This document shows positions 52,847 to 60,569 of a stretch of DNA of 64,000 bases, in pieces (within the stretch, counting starts at the first letter, position 1; each line of letters opens with the position of its first letter). The stretch is from Oscillibacter sp. (lineage in GTDB: Bacteria > Bacillota > Clostridia > Oscillospirales > Oscillospiraceae): contig JAFSRH010000036.1 in NCBI GenBank assembly GCA_017446225.1, positions 9,826 to 73,825 of the forward strand, read 5' to 3'. The position numbers and the translations under genes are program-made. The notes below the pieces were generated by a model. That model was not told the origin of the DNA and ran no database searches. It was given only the letters and a program-made list of their open reading frames with translations.

Positions 52847-52884
52847 CCACACTTCGCCGGAAAAGTACAGTCTTTTTTCCGCGC

Positions 52885-52920
52885 AAAAAGGACGATATCC
52901 CCGGAGGAGATACCGTCCTT
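52885..52920 (-). terminator. Intrinsic terminator after yjfB
   Basis: Minus strand reads AAGGACGGTATC-TCCTCCGGG-GATATCGTCCTT followed by TTTTGCG. Confidence 0.75.
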
Positions 52921-52934
52921 ACGGACCAGCACGT

Positions 52935-53117
52935 TCAGGCGTACACGTCAATATACTGCCCCTTGGGAATCTGCGGCAACATTTCCAGTTCTTTTACCGC
53001 CATCTGGGCGTCCATGTTCATGGCCTCCTTGGCCAGACGCGTGGAATATACCTGTTCGAGCATATCGGCCTTCAGGCTCATGCTCTGGTAAGCGACCGTA
53101 TTCATCAGCGCGTCCAT
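52935..53117 (-). CDS. yjfB: YjfB-like putative motility protein (60 aa)
   Basis: Met/Gln/Ala-rich small protein ending ...GQYIDVYA. AAAGGAG RBS 8 nt before the ATG at 53117. Sigma-D-type promoter upstream and a strong terminator downstream. Confidence 0.7.
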   Translation of the reverse strand: MDALMNTVAYQSMSLKADMLEQVYSTRLAKEAMNMDAQMAVKELEMLPQIPKGQYIDVYA

Positions 53118-53163
53118 AATCAACGCTCCTTTCCGTTCTCCGTAAACGCTTCGTTCATAAAGA

Positions 53164-53190
53164 ATATCGGCCGGCGGAACGAAAAATTAA
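53164..53190 (-). promoter_or_regulatory. Sigma-D/FliA (sigma-28)-type promoter for yjfB
   Basis: Minus strand reads TTAA/TAAT-N15/14-GCCGATAT. The -10 element matches the B. subtilis sigma-D consensus GCCGATAT 8/8. About 40 nt upstream of the yjfB ATG. Confidence 0.6.
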
Positions 53191-53196
53191 GAGCTT

Positions 53197-54693
53197 TCAG
53201 GAATCTTCATCCCAAGACATGGCGCGCGTGACGGCCTTCTGCCAGCCGCGTAAGAGCGTTTCCCGTTCCCGGGCCGGCATATTCGGCTCGTAACAGGCTT
53301 CCACGGCCCAACGCTGACGGAGGTCGTCCCGGTCCTTCCAGAACCCGACCGCCAGTCCAGCCAGACAGGCCGCGCCCAGCGCGGTGGTCTCCTGTACGCG
53401 GGGACGCAGGACGCGCCGTCCGATGATGTCGGACTGGAACTGCATGAGAAAGCGGTTCGCGGACGCGCCGCCGTCCGCGCGGAGTTCCGGGAAGGTGATA
53501 CCGGTATCCTGTTCCATGGCGTGGAGGACGTCCGCGGTCTGGTAGGCGATGGACTCAAGGGTAGCGCGTATAATATGATTGCGTCCGGCGCCGCGGGTCA
53601 GGCCCACAATGACGCCCCGGGCGTACATATCCCAGTAAGGCGCGCCAAGGCCCGTAAAAGCGGGGACCACGTACACGCCGCCGTTATCCGGGACTTTCCG
53701 GGCGAAGTATTCGGTGTCGGCGGCGTCATGGATAAAGTGAAGCTCGTCCCGGAGCCACTGTACCGCCGCGCCGCCGATAAACACGCTCCCTTCCAACGCG
53801 TACTGAATGTCCCCGTCCGGTCCGGCGGCGATGGTGGTCAGAAGGCCGCGCTGACTTTGTACGCGTCTGTTGCCGGTGTTCATGAGGAGGAAACAGCCGG
53901 TGCCGTAGGTATTTTTGGCCTGTCCCTCTCCGAAACAGGTCTGCCCGAACAGGGCGGCCTGCTGGTCCCCGGCGATTCCGGCAATGGGAATCTCGGCCCC
54001 CTGTAAACGGACGGTCCCGTAGACCTGAGAGCACGGACACACCCGGGGGAGAATCGACATGGGAATCCGGAGGCGTTCGCAGATGGTCCGGTCCCAACAC
54101 AGATTTCCGATGTCATAAAGCATGGTACGGCTTGCGTTGGTGTAGTCGGTGACATGGACCGCGCCGCCGGTGAGTTTCCAGACCAGCCACGTGTCCACGG
54201 TACCGAAGAGCAGTTGGCCGTTCTCGGCCTTTTCGCGCGCGCCGGGGACGTTGTCCAGAATCCATTGAATTTTTGTCGCGGAGAAATAGGCGTCAATCAA
54301 CAGCCCCGTGCGCTCCCGGACGTATCCGGCAAAGCCGCCGTCACGCTGGAGTTCCTCACAGCGCGCGGCGGTCCGGCGGCACTGCCAGACAATGGCGTTG
54401 CAGACGGGCTTTCCGGTCTCCCGGTCCCACAGAATCGTGGTTTCCCGCTGGTTCGTAATGCCAATGGCGGCGATTTCCCGCGGGTCAATCCCGCTCTGCG
54501 CAAGGACTTCGTGCAGTACCCCGTACTGACTGGAATAAATCTCCATGGGGTCGTGCTCAACCCAGCCGGGGCGGGGATAACGCTGTGTAAACTCCCGCTG
54601 GGCCACGGAAACCATATTCTGCGCGCGGTCAAAGAGGATACACCGGCTGCTGGTGGTGCCTTGGTCCAGCGCGAGCACGTACTTTTTTTCCAT
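53197..54693 (-). CDS. glpK: Glycerol kinase
   Basis: [19 protein letters not shown] and [18 protein letters not shown]-family signatures. Confidence 0.96.
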   Translation of the reverse strand: MEKKYVLALDQGTTSSRCILFDRAQNMVSVAQREFTQRYPRPGWVEHDPMEIYSSQYGVLHEVLAQSGIDPREIAAIGITNQRETTILWDRETGKPVCNAIVWQCRRTAARCEELQRDGGFAGYVRERTGLLIDAYFSATKIQWILDNVPGAREKAENGQLLFGTVDTWLVWKLTGGAVHVTDYTNASRTMLYDIGNLCWDRTICERLRIPMSILPRVCPCSQVYGTVRLQGAEIPIAGIAGDQQAALFGQTCFGEGQAKNTYGTGCFLLMNTGNRRVQSQRGLLTTIAAGPDGDIQYALEGSVFIGGAAVQWLRDELHFIHDAADTEYFARKVPDNGGVYVVPAFTGLGAPYWDMYARGVIVGLTRGAGRNHIIRATLESIAYQTADVLHAMEQDTGITFPELRADGGASANRFLMQFQSDIIGRRVLRPRVQETTALGAACLAGLAVGFWKDRDDLRQRWAVEACYEPNMPARERETLLRGWQKAVTRAMSWDEDS

Positions 54694-54720
54694 GCCACAC
54701 CTCCTGTCGGGACACGCGGA

Positions 54721-55992
54721 TTAGCGGTCGAATTCCTGCATACTCTTCCAGAGGGCGTCGGCGGATTCCATGGCCTCAAAGTAGACGCCGGTAAGAATGC
54801 CGGCGGGGATCTGAATCTGCGCGGCCAGTTTACTGACTTCCGTCCAGTCGGCGCTCTCGTAGCTGAGGATGAGGCGGTACAGCATACCGGAGGCCCCCTG
54901 TTGATAGAGAAGCGCGTTTTTGATTTCATCGGCAATGGGAAGCGCCGACAAAATTTCGGACAGCGGCGCGTCAATGAGGAAATGGAGCGTGGAGAACATC
55001 CCCAGAAGGTAGGCTTCCCCGCGGGACAGCGGCACCACGCGCGTATAGTTCATGATATCGCTACAGAACTTGGCGCGAATCAGGGAGAGTTTCAGGAACT
55101 CCTCAAAGAACGGGTCGATTCCGCCGTTGCTTCCGCTTCCCACGCTGAGCAGATAAATCCACTGCTTCAACTGCTCGATTCCGAGTTTCATAATGGCCTG
55201 CTGGACGGACGTTGTCCGGTTGCGGGTAGCGTACTGGACGGAATTGGCGACCCGAAGCAAGGCGTACGTCAGGGAAGCGTCCGCGGAAATGATCTGTTCA
55301 ATTTCGGCCATATTGGGTTCGTCCCGCGTCACGGCGACCATCAGGCGGAAGAAACTGCTCTGAAGATAGGCGCTGCTGTGGGACTTGGTGGCCAGACGTT
55401 CGGCCACGGCGGGGCCTTCCAGCGCGTGCACCCCCGCGTTGACCGCCTTCCGATAGAGTTCGTCCGAGTCGATTTCCGTAGCGATACACTGCTTGCCGAT
55501 ACTGGTCGCGATTTCAAGGATATTGTGGAGGCTGTCATCGGAAAGGGTGTGCATATTGAGGCGGAGGTAGTCAATAGCGTCCAGAATATCGAGGTAGCGC
55601 GGGGCGAACTGGAATTCGTTGACGGCAATCCGGTATCCTTCCCGTTTGTACTGCTGGACAAAGTGCATGGCCAGCGGGTGAATGATCACGCTGTCGTCAA
55701 TCTGGATGACGAGGTCCGACGGCGCGAAGAGACGCGGGACCTTTTTCATTAACAGGGTGGTGGTAAAGGTCATGAAATTGAGGGAGCCTCTGAACGCCTT
55801 TTCGGAATTCTGCGTAAGAAAATTGTAAATTGCATCGGCAACGGCAAACTCATTGAAAGTTCCGTCCGAGGCGGAATCATTTCCCAGACTGCCGTAGAGT
55901 TCGTTTTCCCCGTAGTAGAGGATTTCATGCCCGATCACCTGATGTCCGGTGTTTTTAATCGGCTGTCTGACAATATAGTTATTGGTTGCCAT
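54721..55992 (-). CDS. EAL-like plus HDOD two-domain signalling protein (YuxH/COG3434 architecture); EAL catalytic residues look degenerate
   Basis: N-terminus VRQPIKNTGHQVIGHEILYY (EAL start). HDOD segment MAEIEQIISADASLTYALLRVANSVQY...QQAIMKLGIEQLKQW. See the finding for residue substitutions. Confidence 0.8.
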   Translation of the reverse strand: MATNNYIVRQPIKNTGHQVIGHEILYYGENELYGSLGNDSASDGTFNEFAVADAIYNFLTQNSEKAFRGSLNFMTFTTTLLMKKVPRLFAPSDLVIQIDDSVIIHPLAMHFVQQYKREGYRIAVNEFQFAPRYLDILDAIDYLRLNMHTLSDDSLHNILEIATSIGKQCIATEIDSDELYRKAVNAGVHALEGPAVAERLATKSHSSAYLQSSFFRLMVAVTRDEPNMAEIEQIISADASLTYALLRVANSVQYATRNRTTSVQQAIMKLGIEQLKQWIYLLSVGSGSNGGIDPFFEEFLKLSLIRAKFCSDIMNYTRVVPLSRGEAYLLGMFSTLHFLIDAPLSEILSALPIADEIKNALLYQQGASGMLYRLILSYESADWTEVSKLAAQIQIPAGILTGVYFEAMESADALWKSMQEFDR

Positions 55993-56022
55993 AAGGTGCC
56001 CTCCTCACCCTGTTCGTCCGGT

Positions 56023-56946
56023 TCACTTGTCTTTCAGGAGTTCGTCAATCACGGCCACAAGATGTCCGATTTCCGGCTTGCTGAGCTGTTCATCGGCGCC
56101 CAGTTCACGGCCCTTGGCCCGCATTTCCTCCGTAATCAGGGATGAGAAAATGACCACGGGAACGTGTTTCAACTGGGAATCGCTCTTGATCAGTTTTGTC
56201 AGGCGGTGCCCGTCCATCTGGGGCATTTCAATGTCGGTGATGACAAGGGACATGTTCCCGTCCACATCATCGGCTTTCTTCAACTTCGTGACGTACTCCC
56301 ACAGGTCCAGCCCGTTGCTGAACATATGCAGATTCGTGTACCCGGCCTTGAGGAGCGCGTCCTTGATGAGCTTGGACAGCAACGCCGAATCTTCCGCGAC
56401 CAGAATCGGGTGTTCTCTGCGGGAGCGTTCCCCCAGTTGGTCGATCTCATCCATCTGGATGGACGTTTCCGGGGCGATTTCCGCGATAATGCGTTCAAAG
56501 TCCAGAATCGTGACAAGCTGATTGTTGCACTGCGCGATACCGGTCGCCACGCTCTCCCCGGTGCCGCTGATGGTTTTATCGGGCTTCTGGATGTCGGTCC
56601 ACGAAATGCGGCTGATTCCGATCACGGTATGGACGCGGAAGGCAATGGTCATCTTGTTAAAGTTGGTAATAATAAAGAGGTCTTTTTCCCCGGCTTCGCC
56701 CTCATGGCCCAGATACCGCGGAAGATTGATCACGGTAATGACGGTGTCACGGGGCTTGATAATGCCCTCTACGGCGGGGTGCGTGTGCGGCATGGCCTTC
56801 ACGTGAACGGAAAGAATGATCTCGTTCACTTTCGCCACGTTGATTCCGTACAGGTTCCCGGCAATGGTGAACTCCATAATCTCGATTTCATTGGTGCCGG
56901 ATTCCAGCAGGATTTCGTTCTTGTCGTTTTTATCAGCCTTCGCCAT
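56023..56946 (-). CDS. cheV: Chemotaxis protein CheV (CheW-like domain plus receiver domain)
   Basis: N-terminal CheW fold (LESGTNEIEIMEFTIAGNLYGINVAKV). C-terminal REC (ILVAEDS...ITDIEMPQMDG...K). Confidence 0.9.
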   Translation of the reverse strand: MAKADKNDKNEILLESGTNEIEIMEFTIAGNLYGINVAKVNEIILSVHVKAMPHTHPAVEGIIKPRDTVITVINLPRYLGHEGEAGEKDLFIITNFNKMTIAFRVHTVIGISRISWTDIQKPDKTISGTGESVATGIAQCNNQLVTILDFERIIAEIAPETSIQMDEIDQLGERSRREHPILVAEDSALLSKLIKDALLKAGYTNLHMFSNGLDLWEYVTKLKKADDVDGNMSLVITDIEMPQMDGHRLTKLIKSDSQLKHVPVVIFSSLITEEMRAKGRELGADEQLSKPEIGHLVAVIDELLKDK

Positions 56947-56993
56947 AATGTTTCACTCCTTACTCAGCAATGGCAGGCGGTTTCCGAACGGGG

Positions 56994-57488
56994 TTAAAGG
57001 ACAATCAACGGCTGACCGTAGGCGCGGATTTGCCCCTGACCGGTCGCCGGGAAGAAGGAGAGGGTCCGGGCCACGCTCCCGCCCACGTTTTCGGACACAA
57101 TGCGGATCCCCTCCCGGCGTAGATTCATATGCACGCTCTCAATGTTCCGCTGTCCGATATTGCCCAGTCCCGAACTCCCGGAGACCTCGAACATCTTCGC
57201 GCCGCCGGCGATTTTGGCGACTATGCGGTTTTTTCGCGCGCCGCGCGCCTCCATTTGCCGGAGCGTCTCCCGGATTCCGGTATCGGCGTACTTCATTGTG
57301 TTTTTCCGTCCCGCCTCCATATTGATGGGGAGCATGATATGAATCAGCGCGGCGAGTTTCACGCCCGGGTCGTAGAGGCAAATGCCGATACAAGACCCCA
57401 AAGCGTAGGTAATCAATTCGCCGTCCCATTGCAACATTTTCATATCGGCAATGCCAACGGTCAATTTCTGTGGGGCCTGATTCATCAT
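56994..57488 (-). CDS. cheD: Chemoreceptor glutamine deamidase CheD
   Basis: ITYALGSCIGICLYD (catalytic Cys) and AKIAGGAKMF motifs. Confidence 0.9.
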   Translation of the reverse strand: MMNQAPQKLTVGIADMKMLQWDGELITYALGSCIGICLYDPGVKLAALIHIMLPINMEAGRKNTMKYADTGIRETLRQMEARGARKNRIVAKIAGGAKMFEVSGSSGLGNIGQRNIESVHMNLRREGIRIVSENVGGSVARTLSFFPATGQGQIRAYGQPLIVL

Positions 57489-58117
57489 TCCAACACGCCC
57501 AGCTTTCTTAACAGGAAGTTGAGGGAACGGACGTCCGGCGAGAGCAGAAGCCGGCAGGGCACGACCTGATTGTCACACATAAAGTTTCCGCCGATGGTCA
57601 TGAGGTAGTCGGACTGCCCGCCGTACTCGGCCATGGGGACGGTGAGAATGGCCCCCTGCATGTCGACCGACAGACTGGGTACGGTCAACTCTACGGAGAT
57701 ATCCGCCAGACCGCTGAGCGCGTTAATGAAGGTGGAAATCATGATGTTTCCGATTTCGACCAGCGCGGAGCGCTCCAAGTCTTTCAGCTCCTCATAATCG
57801 TGGATTTCCTCCGAAAGCATACTGCTTAACGCCAGATTGATAAATTCCAGAGACTGCACGGAAAGCATGATACCGGTCATCTGTCCGCTGATACGGACCA
57901 TGACGCCCGCGGTGATGGTCTCCGGGCCGCCGATCCATTCGATGGCCTCGTTGTAGCCCATAATCCGGACTTCCGGAAGCGTAATGCGCACGTTACGCCC
58001 CAGCATGACGGAAAGGGCGGCGGCGGCGTTACCGGTGCCAATGCTCCCGATTTCCCGAAGGGTATCAATTTCCATAGTGGTCAGTTCGTCATAGTTCTTG
58101 ATTTCCAAGTCTCCCAC
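57485..58117 (-). CDS. cheC: CheY-P phosphatase CheC
   Basis: Two D/E-x3-E-x2-N-x22-P-type halves (DTLREIGSIGTGNAAAAL; SALVEIGNIMISTFINAL). Overlaps the cheD start. N-terminal start codon uncertain (GTG/TTG). Confidence 0.85.
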   Translation of the reverse strand: MGDLEIKNYDELTTMEIDTLREIGSIGTGNAAAALSVMLGRNVRITLPEVRIMGYNEAIEWIGGPETITAGVMVRISGQMTGIMLSVQSLEFINLALSSMLSEEIHDYEELKDLERSALVEIGNIMISTFINALSGLADISVELTVPSLSVDMQGAILTVPMAEYGGQSDYLMTIGGNFMCDNQVVPCRLLLSPDVRSLNFLLRKLGVLE

Positions 58118-58132
58118 CTCATTTCTGTGTAA

Positions 58133-58915
58133 TCAGCGCAGGCCGTTGACCGTGGTCGTGATTTCGTCCGATGTCTGCGCCATGCGCAACATGTACTGGA
58201 AGGAACGCTGTGATTCTATGACTTTCGCCAGTTCGTAGGCGTAATCCACGTTGGACAGTTCGAGATAGCCCTGTATCAGTTTCCCCTCGCCGGGGGCGAC
58301 CTGTCCGTTTTTGTCCAGCGGAATCACGCCGCTGAGGCCTTCGCTGAGCATACCGTCATGGTTGATAAAGTCAAAGATACCGATGGGGAGCAGTTGGCCA
58401 AGGGCGATATCTTCCGAGGGGTTGGCGATGGTAATAGGACGTCCGTCCGTGCCGACCACGTAACGCCCGCTTCCGTCCGAGAGGTACCACGTAAAGACGG
58501 TTTCGGGTTCGGGGGCCTCCGTACCGGGTTCGGCGTCCTCCGGGACTTCCGGTTCGATGGTCTCCACGGTATTGGAGAGGGTAAAGGAGCCTTCCCGGGT
58601 GTAGGTGTACTCCCCCGTGGTGGGGTTCATGAGGGCGAAGAAGCCGCGACCCTCAATGCCGTAATCAAGGAGACGTTCCGTGCCCACAAAGCCGGCGGGG
58701 GAGAAGTCCGCCTGATCGGCCTCCAGCCGGGAGCCAACGCCGCGCTGTACGGTCTCGTTAATGCCCCGGACGGCTCCGGTCATAAGGGTTTGGAAATCGG
58801 GGCGGCGCGCCCGGAAGCCGTAGTTGTTGACATTGGCGATATTGTTGGCGTGCACGTCCAGCCGCATTTGCTGCTGTTGCGCGCCGACCGCCGCGGTATA
58901 AAAGGAAATATCCAA
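58133..58915 (-). CDS. flgG: Flagellar basal-body rod protein (FlgG-like)
   Basis: N-terminal ...LDVHANNIANVNNYGFR and C-terminal LELSNVDYAYELAKVIESQRSFQ rod-family motifs. TTG start with GGAGGGA RBS. Confidence 0.85.
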   Translation of the reverse strand: MDISFYTAAVGAQQQQMRLDVHANNIANVNNYGFRARRPDFQTLMTGAVRGINETVQRGVGSRLEADQADFSPAGFVGTERLLDYGIEGRGFFALMNPTTGEYTYTREGSFTLSNTVETIEPEVPEDAEPGTEAPEPETVFTWYLSDGSGRYVVGTDGRPITIANPSEDIALGQLLPIGIFDFINHDGMLSEGLSGVIPLDKNGQVAPGEGKLIQGYLELSNVDYAYELAKVIESQRSFQYMLRMAQTSDEITTTVNGLR

Positions 58916-58930
58916 AAAACATCCCTCCGT

Positions 58931-59791
58931 TTACGACAGCCGTCCGACTTCCTGCGTCACGCGGTTGAGCACGGAATCATAAATCTTAATGGCCTCGGCG
59001 GCGCTCTGGTAGACGCGCTGGGTGGAAATCATTTCCGTCATTTCCTTGACCCAGTCAATATTGGAGCGTTCGAGCCAGCCGTTTAAAATGGGCGTTGGGG
59101 TGGCCTGTCCCTCCTGTTCCGTGGCGAACATGCCGTAATCGTCCTTTTCCAGCGCGGTTTCGTCGTCGTCAAACGTGAACACGCCGATACGGCCCAAAAA
59201 GCCGCCGGTCGCGGTGTAGAGTCCGCCGTATCCGTCCGTGGTGAACTGGTCCGTGACAAGCCGGATAGGCTCAAGGGTCTGACTGAGCACCCGTCCCTGA
59301 TTCGGAAGCGTCAAATAGCCCTCATTGTCGAGCGAAAAACTGCCCGCGCGCGTGTAGACAATGCCGCGCCGCACGTCCGGCCACCCCTCCGGATATCCGC
59401 GCCCCTGTTCCTCTTCGGCCTCTTGTCCTTCTTGGAGTTCTTCGGCCTCTTCTCCTTCTCCGGTCTCCTCGGCGGTTCCCGTCTGGACGGCAAAGTAGCC
59501 GGGTCCGTTGATGGCGAAATCGAGCGGCAGAAGCGTATTGTCGAGACTGCCCTGTGTAAAGTCCGTATAAAGCTGGCTGGGGGCGGAAATCCAGCTCTGT
59601 TCGCCGATTTCCGTATAATTCTTGGTCTTGTTGCCGACCAACTGCCACATAACATTCTCAAAGGTGGAGCCGGTAAAACGGTCCGTCTTAAACCCCGCGG
59701 TCGCGGCGTTGGCCATATTGTTGGAAATCACGTCCAGATGTCGCCCATGGGTCAGCATGGCGGAAGTGAGATTGTAGAAGCCCTTGACCAT
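58931..59791 (-). CDS. Flagellar basal-body rod protein (FlgF/FlgG-like) with an internal acidic insertion
   Basis: Trimmed to MVKGFYNLTSAMLTHGRHLDVISNNMANAATAGFK. C-terminus LERSNIDWVKEMTEMISTQRVYQ. Confidence 0.85.
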   Translation of the reverse strand: MVKGFYNLTSAMLTHGRHLDVISNNMANAATAGFKTDRFTGSTFENVMWQLVGNKTKNYTEIGEQSWISAPSQLYTDFTQGSLDNTLLPLDFAINGPGYFAVQTGTAEETGEGEEAEELQEGQEAEEEQGRGYPEGWPDVRRGIVYTRAGSFSLDNEGYLTLPNQGRVLSQTLEPIRLVTDQFTTDGYGGLYTATGGFLGRIGVFTFDDDETALEKDDYGMFATEQEGQATPTPILNGWLERSNIDWVKEMTEMISTQRVYQSAAEAIKIYDSVLNRVTQEVGRLS

Positions 59792-59810
59792 AATACCGTC
59801 CTTTCCGCAG

Positions 59811-60569
59811 TCAAATGGAATCGGAGAGAAGCACCTTAAGTTTCTGCAAGGCGCGGGTGTGAATCTGCGAGGCGCGGGCGTGGCTGACGCCCAGCACCGC
59901 CGCAATGTCTTTCATTTTCATATTTTTCTGATAGTACAGGGATAACACAATCTGTTCGTTTTCCCGGAGCGTGGAAATCGCCTTGGAGAGCGTTTCGAGG
60001 AGTTCCTGACGTTCGACCACCTCATCCGGGGAGTTGTCCGGGGACGTGCGGTCGCGGTTGGACAACTGGTCGCACCCTTCCAGCGTCTCTTCCAGAGAGA
60101 CCACGCTGTACACGGACGCGTTCACCATGCTTTCCTGATACTCTTCGTCCGAGATGTGGAGATGTTCCGCGATTTCGTGTTCCGTGGGGAAGCGGCCCAA
60201 GCGGCTGTAGAGTTCGGCATTGGCCTGCTCGATTTCGCGGGCGCGGCGGCGGATGGGCCGCGGCACCCAGTCCTGTTGACGGGCGAGGTCGATAATCATG
60301 CCCCGAATGCGCTTTGCGACATAGGTTTCAAACTTGCCTATGGAGGGGTCGTACTTGTCAACGGCACGGGCAAGGACAATCAGGCCTTCGTTGATGATAT
60401 CGTCAAGCTGCGCGAACCCGCTGTAGACGCCCTGAATCTGCAAGGCGATATTCCGTATGGTGCCGGTGTGCCTCATGACGATTTCCCACTTGAGTTCTTC
60501 CGAAGGGTTGCGCCGGTACTCCTGAAAGAGCTCCTCCGTACTCATTTTTTCATATTCGCCGTGTTTCAT
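59811..60569 (-). CDS. fliA: Flagellar RNA polymerase sigma factor FliA/SigD (sigma-28)
   Basis: Region 2 (EGLIVLARAVDKYDP...FETYVAKRIRGMIID), region 3, and region 4 HTH (MKDIAAVLGVSHARASQIHTRAL). Confidence 0.92.
   Translation of the reverse strand: MKHGEYEKMSTEELFQEYRRNPSEELKWEIVMRHTGTIRNIALQIQGVYSGFAQLDDIINEGLIVLARAVDKYDPSIGKFETYVAKRIRGMIIDLARQQDWVPRPIRRRAREIEQANAELYSRLGRFPTEHEIAEHLHISDEEYQESMVNASVYSVVSLEETLEGCDQLSNRDRTSPDNSPDEVVERQELLETLSKAISTLRENEQIVLSLYYQKNMKMKDIAAVLGVSHARASQIHTRALQKLKVLLSDSI

Noticed and set aside
54154-55752. 532-aa plus-strand ORF antisense to glpK and the EAL-HDOD gene
   Set aside because: It spans two well-supported minus-strand genes and their intergenic gap. 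It has no domain signature and shows GC-shadow composition.
57443-57450. Additional GCCGATAT matches on the minus strand (inside cheD; also inside yjfB at about 53051..53058) as sigma-D promoters
   Set aside because: Both lie inside coding sequence, where they simply spell Ala-Asp-Met codons, and they lack a TAAA -35 at the right spacing.
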